64,000 nt of DNA from Selaginella moellendorffii (Eukaryota > Plantae > Lycopodiophyta): contig NW_003314374.1 of the NCBI RefSeq assembly GCF_000143415.4, positions 207,225 through 271,224 of the forward strand, read 5' to 3'. Position 1 is the stretch's first letter, and each line of letters opens with the position of its first letter. Below the pieces are notes generated by a model. It saw nothing but the letters and a program-made list of their open reading frames with translations, had not been told where the DNA came from and ran no database searches. A program made the translations under genes and the position numbers. Below are positions 43,235 through 55,122 of this stretch, one piece after another.

Positions 43235-43826
43235 TGTCGCGTTTTTGTGGTACTTGTGTTCCTGCCAAACTTAAAGGTTGAGTGCTCGTTTTGGAAAAGT
43301 CCATCAAGAAGATTCCTTTTTAGTGATATGGTTCGTTGACAATGTTTCATTGGGATTATTAAATTGAAAGCTGGCTATTGCTGACACTTTGGCAAACATC
43401 TAACATGAAAAGAATATACATAATAATCAGTTTATTAAAAAACTTGTGTTTGTAATTACAGTTTAGTCTTAATCCTATCTCAAGCAACAGCACTCTTCCT
43501 TTGATCAAAATCGCTGTTGAAGAATCGATCTTTCTTGAGAACGCAGTGCCTGGGCTCATAGATCTCTCCGAGAGCTCTTCGCTGATGCCACGCATTCTGC
43601 AAAAGGCTGCCAAATTGGCAACATGCAAACGTGAATCAATTCTTTCGTCACCAAGTGGTAGAAATAAACCTCGCTGGAGCTGCGAGTGCTTCCGTGAGAT
43701 CGAGAAGAGCACTGGATATCTCTCATGAGACGAAAATTCGGCTTCTTGTGATTTCTTGTTTCGCAGTATATAGTTCAATCCATTTCAAGAGCTAGATCAA
43801 AAATTGAGAGAAGAGAGTATCCAGCG

Positions 43827-45115
43827 ATGGCGGCACATCTCTCTTGCATCGCCTACATTGCGCGTCCCAGGATCTTGGCAACAGGCGGCGATGCGTGGAG
43901 TCTACAATCCGTCGCAGCTTGTCCGAGCATTCCCGGAGTTTCACTCTTGGACGCTGGCGATGGCTCCTCCTTTCTCGTCACTCGCGCTGTCGGCACCACC
44001 TCCAAGCTCCTCGTCGCGCGGGAGATGAGAAACTTGGAGGTCATTGGCTACGATCTTGTAAGTTTCTTTCTTTCGCGCTTTCTTTAGATCCCTCCGGATC
44101 GAGGCGATCAAGATCTTTTCTCTCATCTTCCAAACGATTCTTGGATCCAGGTTGCGAGCGCTCTCAACGGTCTCGTCGCGAGTGGACCAAAGCCGAGCTT
44201 CTTTTCCCACACCGATGCTATGGGGGACAACGAACGAGAGATGGATGAGCTTTTCTCCGGGATCACAAGCGCATGCATCGCCGGATTGCCCCATCAACCG
44301 CGGAAGTGGAGTAATTTTCAAGAACTTCGCTGCTCTAGTATGATCATCTCTAACACGACTAAATGTTTCACAGAAGAAAACTCCGCGCGGAGTTCTTGCC
44401 GGCATGGCCTTGGGCGAAGTTCGCAAGGAACTCTTGCTCGATGGACGTGGGATCCAAGCCGGGGACTGGCTCATCGGCCTCGAGACCCAAGCGCTCCACT
44501 CCCAGAAGTTTGGAAGCGTCCTCAGGTGATAAAACTCTCGCTCGATCAATGGACTTTTGTTCTTTACACTGAGAATCTCCTGCATCGATCGATCAGCCTC
44601 GCAAAGGAGCATGGACGACTCAAGAGCGTCGGCAAGGCCATCCTCACTCTACCTCGCATTTACGTATCCACTGTAAGTTAGAACACTCTAAGAAACGTTA
44701 AAAGATCTTACTTGGATCATCTATCTAGGTGCTTGATCTGATCGCCAAGAAGAAAATCAAGGCTGCCGCGCACATATCCTCCGCGGGGATCACGGATGCC
44801 ATCGCCAAACTTCTGGGACCTCGCGAGTTTGGCGCGAGCATACGAAGGCTCGGCTCCTGGCCACTCCCGCCAGTGCTCGTGTGGATCAAAGAGGTAGAGT
44901 TTCTCGAGTCATATTTTGATCTGATCGTTTGCTCCAAGCAGACCGGGGATTTGAGCGACGAAGAAATGCTGGCAGCCTTCAACATGGGACTGGAAATGGT
45001 GCTCGTTTGCGACAGTGCTCGCGGCTATGAAGTCGTGGATGTCGTTCGCGGCGCTCATCACATTGGCAGTGTGATCGCTGGCAGTGGAATCATCATAGAC
45101 AAGCTGCGCAACTAG
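43827..45115 (+). pseudogene. Highly divergent PurM/AIR-synthetase-like gene; catalytic motifs lost and apparent frameshift near 44283
   Basis: LVTRAVGTTSKLLVA...IGYDL|VASALNGLVASGPKP..., IQAGDWLIGLETQALHS, AHISSAG, EEMLAAFNMGLEMVLV. Introns sit at PurM-homologous positions. Confidence 0.8.
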
Positions 45116-45210
45116 AGCTCTCTTCCTATATTCGATTCCACACGCGATATATAGAAGTTTTTAAAGAAGTTTTTGGGGTTTTAGCACACTAGCTAGGGTT
45201 TATGCGAAGC

Positions 45211-48046
45211 ATGGAGAGCTTCCAGTCGATCGCGTCGCTCCCGCCGCTTGCCCGCGTTGATCCTGCCGCTGGATTCAGCCGCCGCAAGGAATGGCGCCTC
45301 CCAGCGCTCACGTACAAAGACGCCGGGGTCGACATTGACGCTGGATCGGAGCTCGTCCGGAGGATCGCGGCCAAGGCGCCGGGGATTGGAGGATTTGGGG
45401 GATTATACTCTGTTGGTATGTTCTTTGTGGCATTTCCTTGTGATGGAATGATTTTCTTGGGACAATCTAGGTGAGGATTCTTACGAGGTTGTCGGGACGG
45501 ATGGAGTTGGGACAAAGCTCAAGCTTGCGTTTGAGATGAATGCTCACGACACGATTGGCATCGACTTGGTACGTAGATTTCTTTAGAGTTTTTTGGGAGC
45601 TTTGAATAGCTTTCGTTTCCAGGTTGCCATGAATGTGAACGATATTGTCACCACTGGAGCAAGGCCGATGTATTTCCTGGACCAGTTCTCTACTGGTCAT
45701 TTAGACACGGAGATCGCAGAAAAGGTACGAGTGATCGATGTCATTCATTGATTTATTTTTGCGTAGGCGATCAGAGGTATTCTCGAAGGCTGCAATCAAG
45801 GTGGCTGCAAGCTTTCTGGAGGAAAGGTACGAAGATAGTTACTGATCACCGATTGTTTTCTCTTTCCTTGTTTCTAAAAGGTAAATTGAAGGTGGTGGAA
45901 AATGCGGGCTTGTATCCAGATGGAGTGCTGTACGAGATGAGTGGCTGTGCCGTCGGCAGCTTGAACAAGAACGCATTGATCGACGGCAGTAAAATTGTGT
46001 CAGGAGATGTTCTCGTCGGTTTGCCGTCGACGGGGCTTCACTCCAATGGCTACTCTCTGGCTCGCAGGTTTGCACTCGATTTTCCGCTCACCAATAAGAC
46101 TGTCAAAAATTTTCTCTTTTGGTTTTCCGTTTAGAATACTAAGCATGTCAAATTTGTCTCTGAAAGACCAGCTTCCGGGAGCAGATGTAACCATTGGAGA
46201 GGCTTTGATTGTTCCAACAAAAATTTATGTCAAACAGGTACAAGAAGAATGTCGTAATGCTCTTTTTTAATCTTTTGTTTTCTTCTTTTTTCACTGTGTA
46301 GGTTCTGGACATAATTTCTAGAGTCGAAGTGAAGGGCATGGCTCACATTACCGGAGGGGGACTGACTGACAACTTACCAAGGATTTTTCCTGCCGGTCTT
46401 GGCGCAAAGATCAGAATGGGTTCCTGGCATGTTCCCCAAATATTTAACTGGCTCAAGGACGTAAGCGATGACTTTAGAAAGCTAATCTCTTGACGTTTTG
46501 TTTTTAAAGGCTGGTAATGTGGAAGAAGAGGAAATGCTTCGTACGTTCAACATGGGAATAGGAATGGTTCTCGTGGTGGAGCCTCGTGTTGCGGATAAAA
46601 TTCTTGAAGAATACGCACCGTCTTATCTTATTGGAACGGTTATCCAAGGAAAAGGCGTGGTGTATGATCGTTTGAGCACTGGCTTGTCTGATCTATGCAA
46701 AGGCCCTGGAGTCACTAATGAGGGTGTCGCAACTCTCGACGCTGATTCGCAACAGGAGCTTCTGCAAAGACTTGCAGGACAGCCTCCTCGTCTCTACCCG
46801 ATTGGTAAATAATCTTCTGCTATTTACACTGACCTCTAGTTTTCATCTGGTAGGCGATGAATTCTCAGTTAGCAGAGCCGAACGAGTCGATGAGAAATTG
46901 CAGTTGGCTCTCGAGATGCAAGTTCACAACACTATTGGCATCGATCTGGTAGTGTTTGTTCTGGATTCCGCGTTTACACGATTAATTCAATTTTCTTGGC
47001 AGGTTGCGGTAAACGTTAATAGTATTGTGACTACTGGAGCAACTCCCGTGAGTTTTGTGGACTATTTCTCCACCGGCCATTTAGACGTGGACGTAGCAGA
47101 ACAGGTTGAACAAGTTTTGCTTGTTAAAACTACTGGAAAACCGAATGCTTTGCTGACTGTTCAGGTTATCGAGGGAATTGTTCAAGGCTGTATTCAGGCG
47201 GAGTGCGGCTTGCGAGGAGGGGAAGTACGTCAGCTGTTTCTGACTTGCGAATGGCGAGCTAAATCTCTTTTACAGACGGCAGAAATGCAAGGCTTTCACG
47301 CCGAGGGAGAGTACATGCTGAATGCCTACGCATCCGGTAGAGTAAAGCAAAGTGCTCTAATCGACGGCAGCACCATCGCAGCCGGAGATATCCTGCTCGG
47401 GCTGCTCTCCAGTGGCATTCACTCGCATGGATTTTCTATGGTTGACAGGCAAGGACAAGCTCTCATATCTTTATAAGCTCTAATTCTCTTTTGTTGGCTA
47501 GCATCTTGAAGAATGCGAATGTATCTTTGAAGGACAAGCTCCCGGGCTCTGAAGTCACGATCGGGGAAAGCTTGCTCGTGCCAACCAAGATTTATGTGAA
47601 GCAGGTTCAGATGGCTCTTCTTCAGTTCTCATTAGAAAAGAATAACTAACTTTTTTCTCATTTTGCAGGTGCTGGAAATGATCTCTTGCAGCGGAGTGAA
47701 GGGAATTTCCAACGTTACGGAAGGCGGACTCACTGGCAGCATACAAAAAATTCTACCATCGGGATTGGGGGCGACTGTCAGAACGAGTTCATGGGAAGTT
47801 CCTCGCATATTCAAGTGGCTGCAAGAGGTACACTCCAATGGGTTTTGCTTTGCTGTCCCTTGATGCTTGCCGCCTCTGGAGCAGGCGGGAGGCATGGAAC
47901 CGGAGAAAGCTTTCGGAACCTTTAACATGGGAGTAGGCATGGTTTTGGTGCTGGATCCCTGCGCCGTAAAGAAAATCCTTTCCACAAACAAGGAGTGCGT
48001 TGTCATGGGCGAAATCGTGCAGGGCGCCCGAGTGGTGTACGAATAA
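45211..48046 (+). CDS. PUR5: Phosphoribosylformylglycinamidine cyclo-ligase (AIR synthetase, PurM/PUR5) with two fused PurM domains (~15 exons)
   Basis: Domain 1: [55 protein letters not shown]. Exon 46510-46804 reads without a stop into a second complete PurM domain with the same intron pattern, ending TFNMGVGMV...VVYE*. Confidence 0.9.
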
Positions 48047-48694
48047 TAATCGGTAAGCTTGATACATTTCACTCCGGAGCTGACAAAGTTTCGCCTCACC
48101 TGTGCTGTGATCTTGTCTCTCACCTCTGCATAGATCTCTCGGCAATCCAACTCGTTAAACCAGAGGCAAGGAAAGAGATTCGTGATCGGCGTGTGCTTCC
48201 TGATGATCACACAGTTTTCAGGAACGTCACTCACCAGGAGGAGCGGTTGTACGGGACGAGACTATCACGGTGGCTCTCCTCTAATGATCGCGTCAAGTTC
48301 ATGGCCATCTTGTCAATTTCTTCAAAATCTGGATGAGATCAACCATTAGTTGCACCTTCCCGTCGATCCAGATCGAGAACTTTGGAACGAGCCTGTCACG
48401 ATTGTCCTGGAGCATACATGGAGATCCTCCACACTCCCATGTCCTCGTCTTCCTCCATGTATCGCTTTCAAGGTTGGCTTATTGCGAAGCAAACGATCTT
48501 GTCGTACAATGATTCCTTTGAGATCAAAGAATCCATCAAAGTTCCGTGTGCCAAGAAATAAAAACTTGGTCTCTACCTAAAATCTAGCGGTAAACAGGAA
48601 AGATTATGGTTGAGTTAGGTAAACACAATAGGCGTGGGTCACTCATGAATGATTATCCAGTCATTTAATCAAAATTGATTGTTTGAACAGATAT

Positions 48695-51076
48695 TCATAG
48701 TGTTGAGTGTGGAGAATCTGGAGGCTTGGACGAGCCTTCTTCTTTTGATTTCACTGGAGAAGCAGCTATTCCTCTTTCATTCAGCAGGATTCTGAAAAAT
48801 TCAAGCCTAGGAGCAGCATTTTTGGGACCCAAATCTGTGACAGTAAATGGGCTCCAAAGCCTCTCTGGCCAAAATAAAAATTGTTAGCCAAGAAAAATAT
48901 ATCAAACAACTAGAGTGAAGCTAGCTTGCCTGCCGCCGCTGCCGCCCTTGGCCATATTCTTTGTTGGATATTGGCTGCATCAACTTTCTCACCCCACATA
49001 CAAACCTCACCTCCAATAATCAACTGCTGTTCTTTGTGGCTGGAAATGTTATCATATGGTTCCTTTGAATAAAACTCCTGCCATGGTATATCAATGTGAT
49101 CCAGGTACCATGAAAATTGCTCGCTAACTATACTCTTGAGACCCGAGCTGACAGTGTTGGGAGGAATTTGAGTGCCCCACCTGAATAGCCATTTGAACAA
49201 TCTGAGTTAGAGAGACAACCCCTTTTGATAAGTTACCAGTTGTGAACAATCGTTTTCCTTGACAAACTTGGTCCAAATTTTTCAAATGGTTCTTGCCTAG
49301 AGAGAGCAAAACTTAATGGAATCCGACATGGCTAATCTCCTTACCAGTTGACAGGAAGGTATCCATGCTTCAAGGCCAGTTTTTGCACTTCAAGCACAAA
49401 AAACTCGTAGCCCAGTGAAGGTGTTAAATTGTGCTTTCTCAGCCTGCTTCAGACAGTTGGATGTTTAGTAAAACCGAATCTAACGTACCAGTCATTTACA
49501 GGTTGTGTGATTTCCCAGCATCCTGTTAGCAGAAAATAAGCTGACAATCACCAAGAAAATTTGCTGCTTACTAGTGTTAACTTCGTCTCCTCCTATATGA
49601 AGCAGCTCAAATGGAAACACCTTTGAGAGATCTAGGCAGCATAGAGTTGACACAAGGATTTTTGATTCAATATAAAACATGTTCATACCGGAAAAAATGC
49701 CATCTATCACCTCAAAAGTGAAATTCTTACTGATGTCCAGAGGTGTTTTGCAGTTTTCAGAGGGCCATAGCTCAGGATATCCAACTCCCCTACACGCAAG
49801 TAAATCTATTAATTTACAATGAAGGCAGAAGAAGTTTACCATGAGCGAGCGTGGCCTGGGACATCAATCTCTGGCATGACATGTATACCTCGCAATCGAG
49901 CATACCTGTATAATAACAAAAGCATGGATATTTGTACTCTCTTTGAAGGTATAGCTTACTTGACTATCGCTTTTGCATCATCAAGGTTGTAGCGCTGAGA
50001 GATAGAGTAGGAGCCTTTCCAAAGCTCTGGAAACGATGGAATCTCCAAAGGGAAGGACTCCTCGTCGACAACATGCCAGTGCAAGACATTCTGGAGGCAA
50101 AGAAGTTAGAAAGGGGCTCGGCTCATATATAAGGGATAGAGAAATTGGATCTCACAAGCTTCGCGTAGGCCATGGAGTCGATCACATTCTCTATCGTCTT
50201 TAATGGCAAGTAGTGCCGAGCAGTATCTGGTAAGCGAGTGAAAAATAATTAGAAGCCGTTCTAAAGAAAAAAAGTTCCTCACCAATCAAAAGGCCTCGAT
50301 ATGAAAATCTAGGCTCGTCAAAAATGTTCCATGGGCAGCCTTGCAAAAGCACAGCTCTTTCGACAGCATCGTAAGTGCAAATCTGGCTAAAAGTCTATAA
50401 AAAATGTAAATAGTTTAGCAAATCCAAAACTTTTGTTTTCAAGCCTACCTCGAGTCCTCGTAGGGCCCCATAGACAGTTCTTGCCTTGGATGAGCATAGA
50501 AAGGAGGTGAACCAGCGCTCGACTTCAAAGATTTTGCTTACCTGGAGCAATACTACCCTTGAATTTGAAGGGTCGGGGACTTGGAGGCGGTACGATTCAT
50601 CTACACCAAGATAGAGCTGCCAAAACACAGAAAGAGAACCTAGAAAAATAAGTTAAAATTTTTGTCTCTCTCACGCTTTGGTTGAATGACTTGAGCTCGA
50701 TACGAAGTTCGTCCAAAACAAAATCTGGTGGATTCTTTTTCGCTGGAATCCTTAGCTTTCTCTGCTTGAGAATCAATACCGTGTAGCGATCAATCCCTGC
50801 TTGCAAGACTTTTAAAGTTCTGGGAGGAGTTATGGCAAACTTTGTGGACAGTCTCATGGAAATCGATCCCTTGGAGACGTTTTTGGGGGCTGGCCATATG
50901 AAAACTCCTGTGCTGTTGTGATCATCCCAGTGCACCAAAGACCTTGAAGGGCCAACATGCCAGAAAGAATCAACACTACTCTTACTCCACAAAATGTTAG
51001 CGATTATTATGAATAAAAGCACAAGAGCTATAACCCCAATCACAAAAATCTTCCTCAGTCCATTGCTCCCAAACAT
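48695..51076 (-). CDS. Beta-hexosaminidase (GH20), copy b
   Basis: Same exon structure and motifs as 40769-43234 (LHIGGDEV, GGEVCMWGE, IWPRAAAAA). Confidence 0.93.
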
Positions 51077-51438
51077 AGTTTTGGAGTATGGTAAGCTCGA
51101 CTGACATTCAAACTCATCTTAAGCTTTCTAGTCTGTACCCTTGGATGGAGGAGATCGGACGGCCCTTATCTTTGCTAGATTTACAAGAAACCGATTTTGG
51201 AGTTTTCACTTGTACAGACTGTAAAAATTAGTATTTTACGTTACATGTGGCGCACGCACTTGGTATAATCAGACAGCTATTCTTCTTTACTGTTGTTTTG
51301 TTGCTGGAAGAACGAGAAATCTAGTGTTAGCACGTTCGTGAATTTACTTCCACAAAAAAATCTCCATCATGGTCACATTAGTCAACTTTACTATAGGATC
51401 ATGATCTCTGTTAGGTGCTTGTCTAATTTCTCAAAAGG

Positions 51439-53308
51439 ATGAAAGGAAATCTCCAGTGTCCGAAGGATTCCCTGAAATGGCTCCTGTTTTGGATCTTGTC
51501 CTTGAACTTGGTTGTTTTGATTAGTTTCAGAATGAACTGGATGAAACAGGATCGCCAAGAGGCTAGTGTAACACCAACACCCGCACCAAGATCAATTAAT
51601 TCCTCGACCTCGGCTGCGTCGAGCAGAGTAAAACTCCTGGTCGACCTGTGGAGCAGCGATCTGCAGTCGAGAGTGAGCGGTGCAACTCCTCCCGAGGTGA
51701 CGATCAATGCACCGCACATCCAGGATTGCAAGCGATGCAGCCAGGAGACAGCAGAGTTTGATCGCAGGAAGGATCCATCCTGGAAGGGATTTGACCAGCA
51801 AAAAGAGGAGCTTGACATGAATTCAGAGACAAGCATCAGCACCGTTCCATGGGTAAGTTCTCTTGTAAGGTTCTTCTCAGATCGGGTAATCTTTCTTGTT
51901 TTCTTGGTTTTCTCAGTAGCCTTTTGCTGCTCTTGGACAGGTCATTAGCGGTGATGACGATAATATCCCGTTAACGCGACGCGTCCAGCGTGATATTTGG
52001 TTGCACCAACACCCGAAAAACTGTACCGATGCGAGATTTCTTCTCGCACTTTGGCACCACGACGAGACGCGCGACTCGGTAGGAGTTGGATCCGACATGG
52101 TGTCAATGGCCGGAATGCTTGGAGCTGCGCTACTACAAGGCCGGGTTTTCATTACCAAGGATTACCACGGTGCCAGGCACAAAGGATGCACAGGTTTCAA
52201 AACTCTTTTATCGACTATCTCGGGCTGATGTTTTAAAATAATGCTAGGATCCAACCACGCTCGCTGGTCGTGCTACTTTTTTCCCGAGGCTTCTGAGGAG
52301 TGCATGGAAAGGGCATTGCGGCTTGTTGAGCAAAAACAGGCCTGGGACGAGGGAATTATCAAAGAGTTTAGTGGCGATCAATGGAATGGTGAGATTCCAA
52401 GGTGAGAGAAAAGAGTTTTTTTCATACGGTGACTTAGTATTATCTGGTTTTTTAGTTTTTGGGGAGAGCCTTGGAAAGCAATGCGACCAACTGTGGGGGT
52501 AAAAGACAAGCTCATGACAAATTACCACGCAAATCATCGAAGGTGGTGGAGAGCTCAGGCAAGTTTCTCATTCGTCAAATGGTAAGCTAATGATCTAGAA
52601 TTAACGTATACAGGCACTTCGCTATCTCACACGATTTCCAAGTGAGTATCTGTGCAATCTTTTAAACAAAGAACGACATAGAGCCTTTGGGGAAGAAGTT
52701 GCAAAACTGGTGCTTAAAACCCTTGGCACTGAATGGCCGCGTGCAAGAAATGAGAGTAAGCGTAATCCCAGTAATCCCATGGAAGAACATGTGTGGAGTG
52801 ACTATGGACCTTGGATGCCGCGGCCTCTGTTAAGCATTCATGTGAGACAGGGTGACAAAGCCAGCGAGATGAGAGTAGCCTCTTTTGACGAATACATGAA
52901 GCTCGCCAATGTCCTCCGGAAGAGATTTCCACACGTAAGAAATGTGTGGCTTTCCACGGAAATGCAGGTAAGAAAGCCATTGACAAAGATTTGAAATCAC
53001 AAAGCTTTTGCATGGTTTAGAACGTCGTGGATGAATCCAAGGAGTACAAAGGCTGGAAGTTTTATTACAGTGATGTTCCAAGGCAAGTTGGAACGATCAG
53101 GATGGCGGAGTATATGGCGTTACTTGGAGACAAGCAAGGGTTCGACACGGCCTTTATAAACTTGGTCATGGCGGCCGAGTGTGATTTCTTTGTGGGAGTG
53201 TTGGGCTCGACTTGGAGCTATATAATTGACGACTTGAGGATGACCAGCGGCAAACTTAAGGCTGGCTTCCTCAGTGTTAACTCTATCAATGGCCTACTTC
53301 GAAAATAA
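51439..53308 (+). CDS. GT23/FUT8-like putative fucosyltransferase, copy c (more divergent)
   Basis: QHPKNCTDARFL, ARWSCYF, WWRAQ, MPRPLLSIHVRQGDK, CDFFVGVLGSTWS. Same intron positions as copies a and b. Confidence 0.82.
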
Positions 53309-53371
53309 AACTTTTTCTCTAACATACAGTAGTTCCAAGTGAAAGATATCTTGAAACATTTTAGGTTGGGC

Positions 53372-54999
53372 ATGTCGAGTGAGTGGGGCATGGTTTCTTG
53401 CGCGTCCCGAGTCCTGGCAGGATCGAGTTTACGTTCTTGTCACAAGGCCGCGGCGTTTGCAGCAACTGTGAGTGAAGATTCACGTATCTTGTACTGCTCA
53501 GCTCCTGCTCGTGGCCACAATCAAGTGAGTAATAAGTTCTAGTTCGACCGATTTCCTGTTTTCACGAATATGAATCTGATTTCCAGGAGGGTCATCCGGA
53601 GAGCAATGCCAGAGTTCCCGCGATCCTACGCGAGCTGGATCGTGCTCAGCTTACTCCTGAGGTAAGAAACATAGTGTATTGTGCAGATATACAACATTTT
53701 TCACTCTTTGGCTTGAAATATATTTTTTTCCCTATAGAAGCGTGGAAAGGAGATTTCTCGGCTGACAAACTTTATGCCTGCCTCCAAGCAAGATGTTGCC
53801 GCAGTGCACTCCATGTCCTATGTCCATGGCCTGGAAAAGATAAGCTTCTTATACTTCTAGTCTGGGGCGATGAAAAAATGTTGATGTGGTGTTGTGTGGA
53901 TACAGGCAATGGGGAAAGCCGCTGCGGATGGTCTCATCTTCATTGAAGGAAGTGGTCCAACTTACGCTACTTCCACGGTATGCTTCAATCCTTGAAAAGA
54001 AGTTCTAGAAGCTTTTAACAATGCCTGAAAGACGTACGAAGAATCCATGCTCGCAGCGGGTGGAAGCTTAGCTCTGGTCGACTCCCTGGTAATCCAAAGG
54101 CTCTTATAGAGCTTCGGATGCTTTTTCTCTTCGTTGTTTTGTGTTTGTAATTCTTTACTTTTTCCAGATGAGTGTGGCTGGTCCAAGGCCCCCAATTGGA
54201 TTTGCTTTGATCCGACCTCCAGGCCACCACGCAGTCCCGGCAGGCCCCATGGGATTCTGCGTTTTCGGCAATGTGGCCATCGCAGCTAGGCACGCACAGC
54301 GCGCTCACGGCCTCAAGAGAGTTTTTATCATCGACTTTGATGTCCACCATGGCAATGGCACGCAGGACGCTTTCTACGACGACCCGGACGTCTTCTTCTG
54401 CTCTACACACCAGGCAAGCTGAATCACAAATCAATAAGAATGCTGACAGAGTTCACAGGATGGAAGCTATCCAGGAACAGGGAAAATGCGTCAGGTTGGC
54501 ACAAGGGATGGCGAAGGAACCACGTTAAATCTGCCATTACCAGGTGGTTCTGGGCATGCAGCCATGCTTACTGCTCTCAAAGAAGTCATCGTTCCGAGCT
54601 GCCTCAAGTTTAAGCCCGATATTCTACTCGTTTCTGCCGGGTAAAAAACCTCTTGCTGTGACTTTTTCTCATTTGCAAATGTGTGTTTCATGTAGATATG
54701 ACGCTCATGTTTTGGACCCTTTGGCCAGCCTTCAGTTCACCACTGCAACTTACTACCATTTGGCATCGACGATCAAGCAGCTTGCACGGGAGGTTTGCAA
54801 CGGGAGGTGCGTGTTCTTTCTGGAAGGTGGCTACAACCTGGACGCTCTGTCGCTCAGTGTTGCTGACACATTTCGTGGCTTGCTGGATGACGAGGAGAGT
54901 CGCGCAAAACTGACGGATGATCCGGCTGTTTTGTATGAGGAGCCTCTTGTGGGAGTGAGGCGGGCAATTACCGAGATTAAGGCCATACATTCTCTATAA
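53372..54999 (+). CDS. HDA14: Class II RPD3/HDA1-family lysine deacetylase, HDA14-like (probably organellar)
   Basis: [53 protein letters not shown]. Transit-peptide-like N-terminus. Confidence 0.9.
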
Positions 55000-55122
55000 T
55001 AAGTTTTTGATACACCTAAAACCCACCTAAAAATGATACACCCACACAGAATCTTGGAAAAAAGAGGTTTGCCATTTATTTTTATATAGTGGTTAAGTAG
55101 CTATGGATGCCTACAGTTTGTA

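Noticed and set aside
43359-43778. ORFs between HEXO-a and the PurM-like gene
   Set aside because: Non-ATG starts, no motifs, and located in a divergent promoter region.
48050-48600. Possible small gene between PUR5 and HEXO-b (ORFs 47632-48234, 47995-48336)
   Set aside because: No recognisable homology, partly antisense to PUR5 exons, and interrupted by stops. It cannot be supported.
53372-54999. HDA14 as a chito-oligosaccharide deacetylase (NodB analogue) in the glycan cluster
   Set aside because: It is a conserved RPD3/HDA1-family lysine deacetylase with an organellar-type N-terminus, unrelated to CE4 deacetylases and in a different compartment from Golgi-type enzymes.
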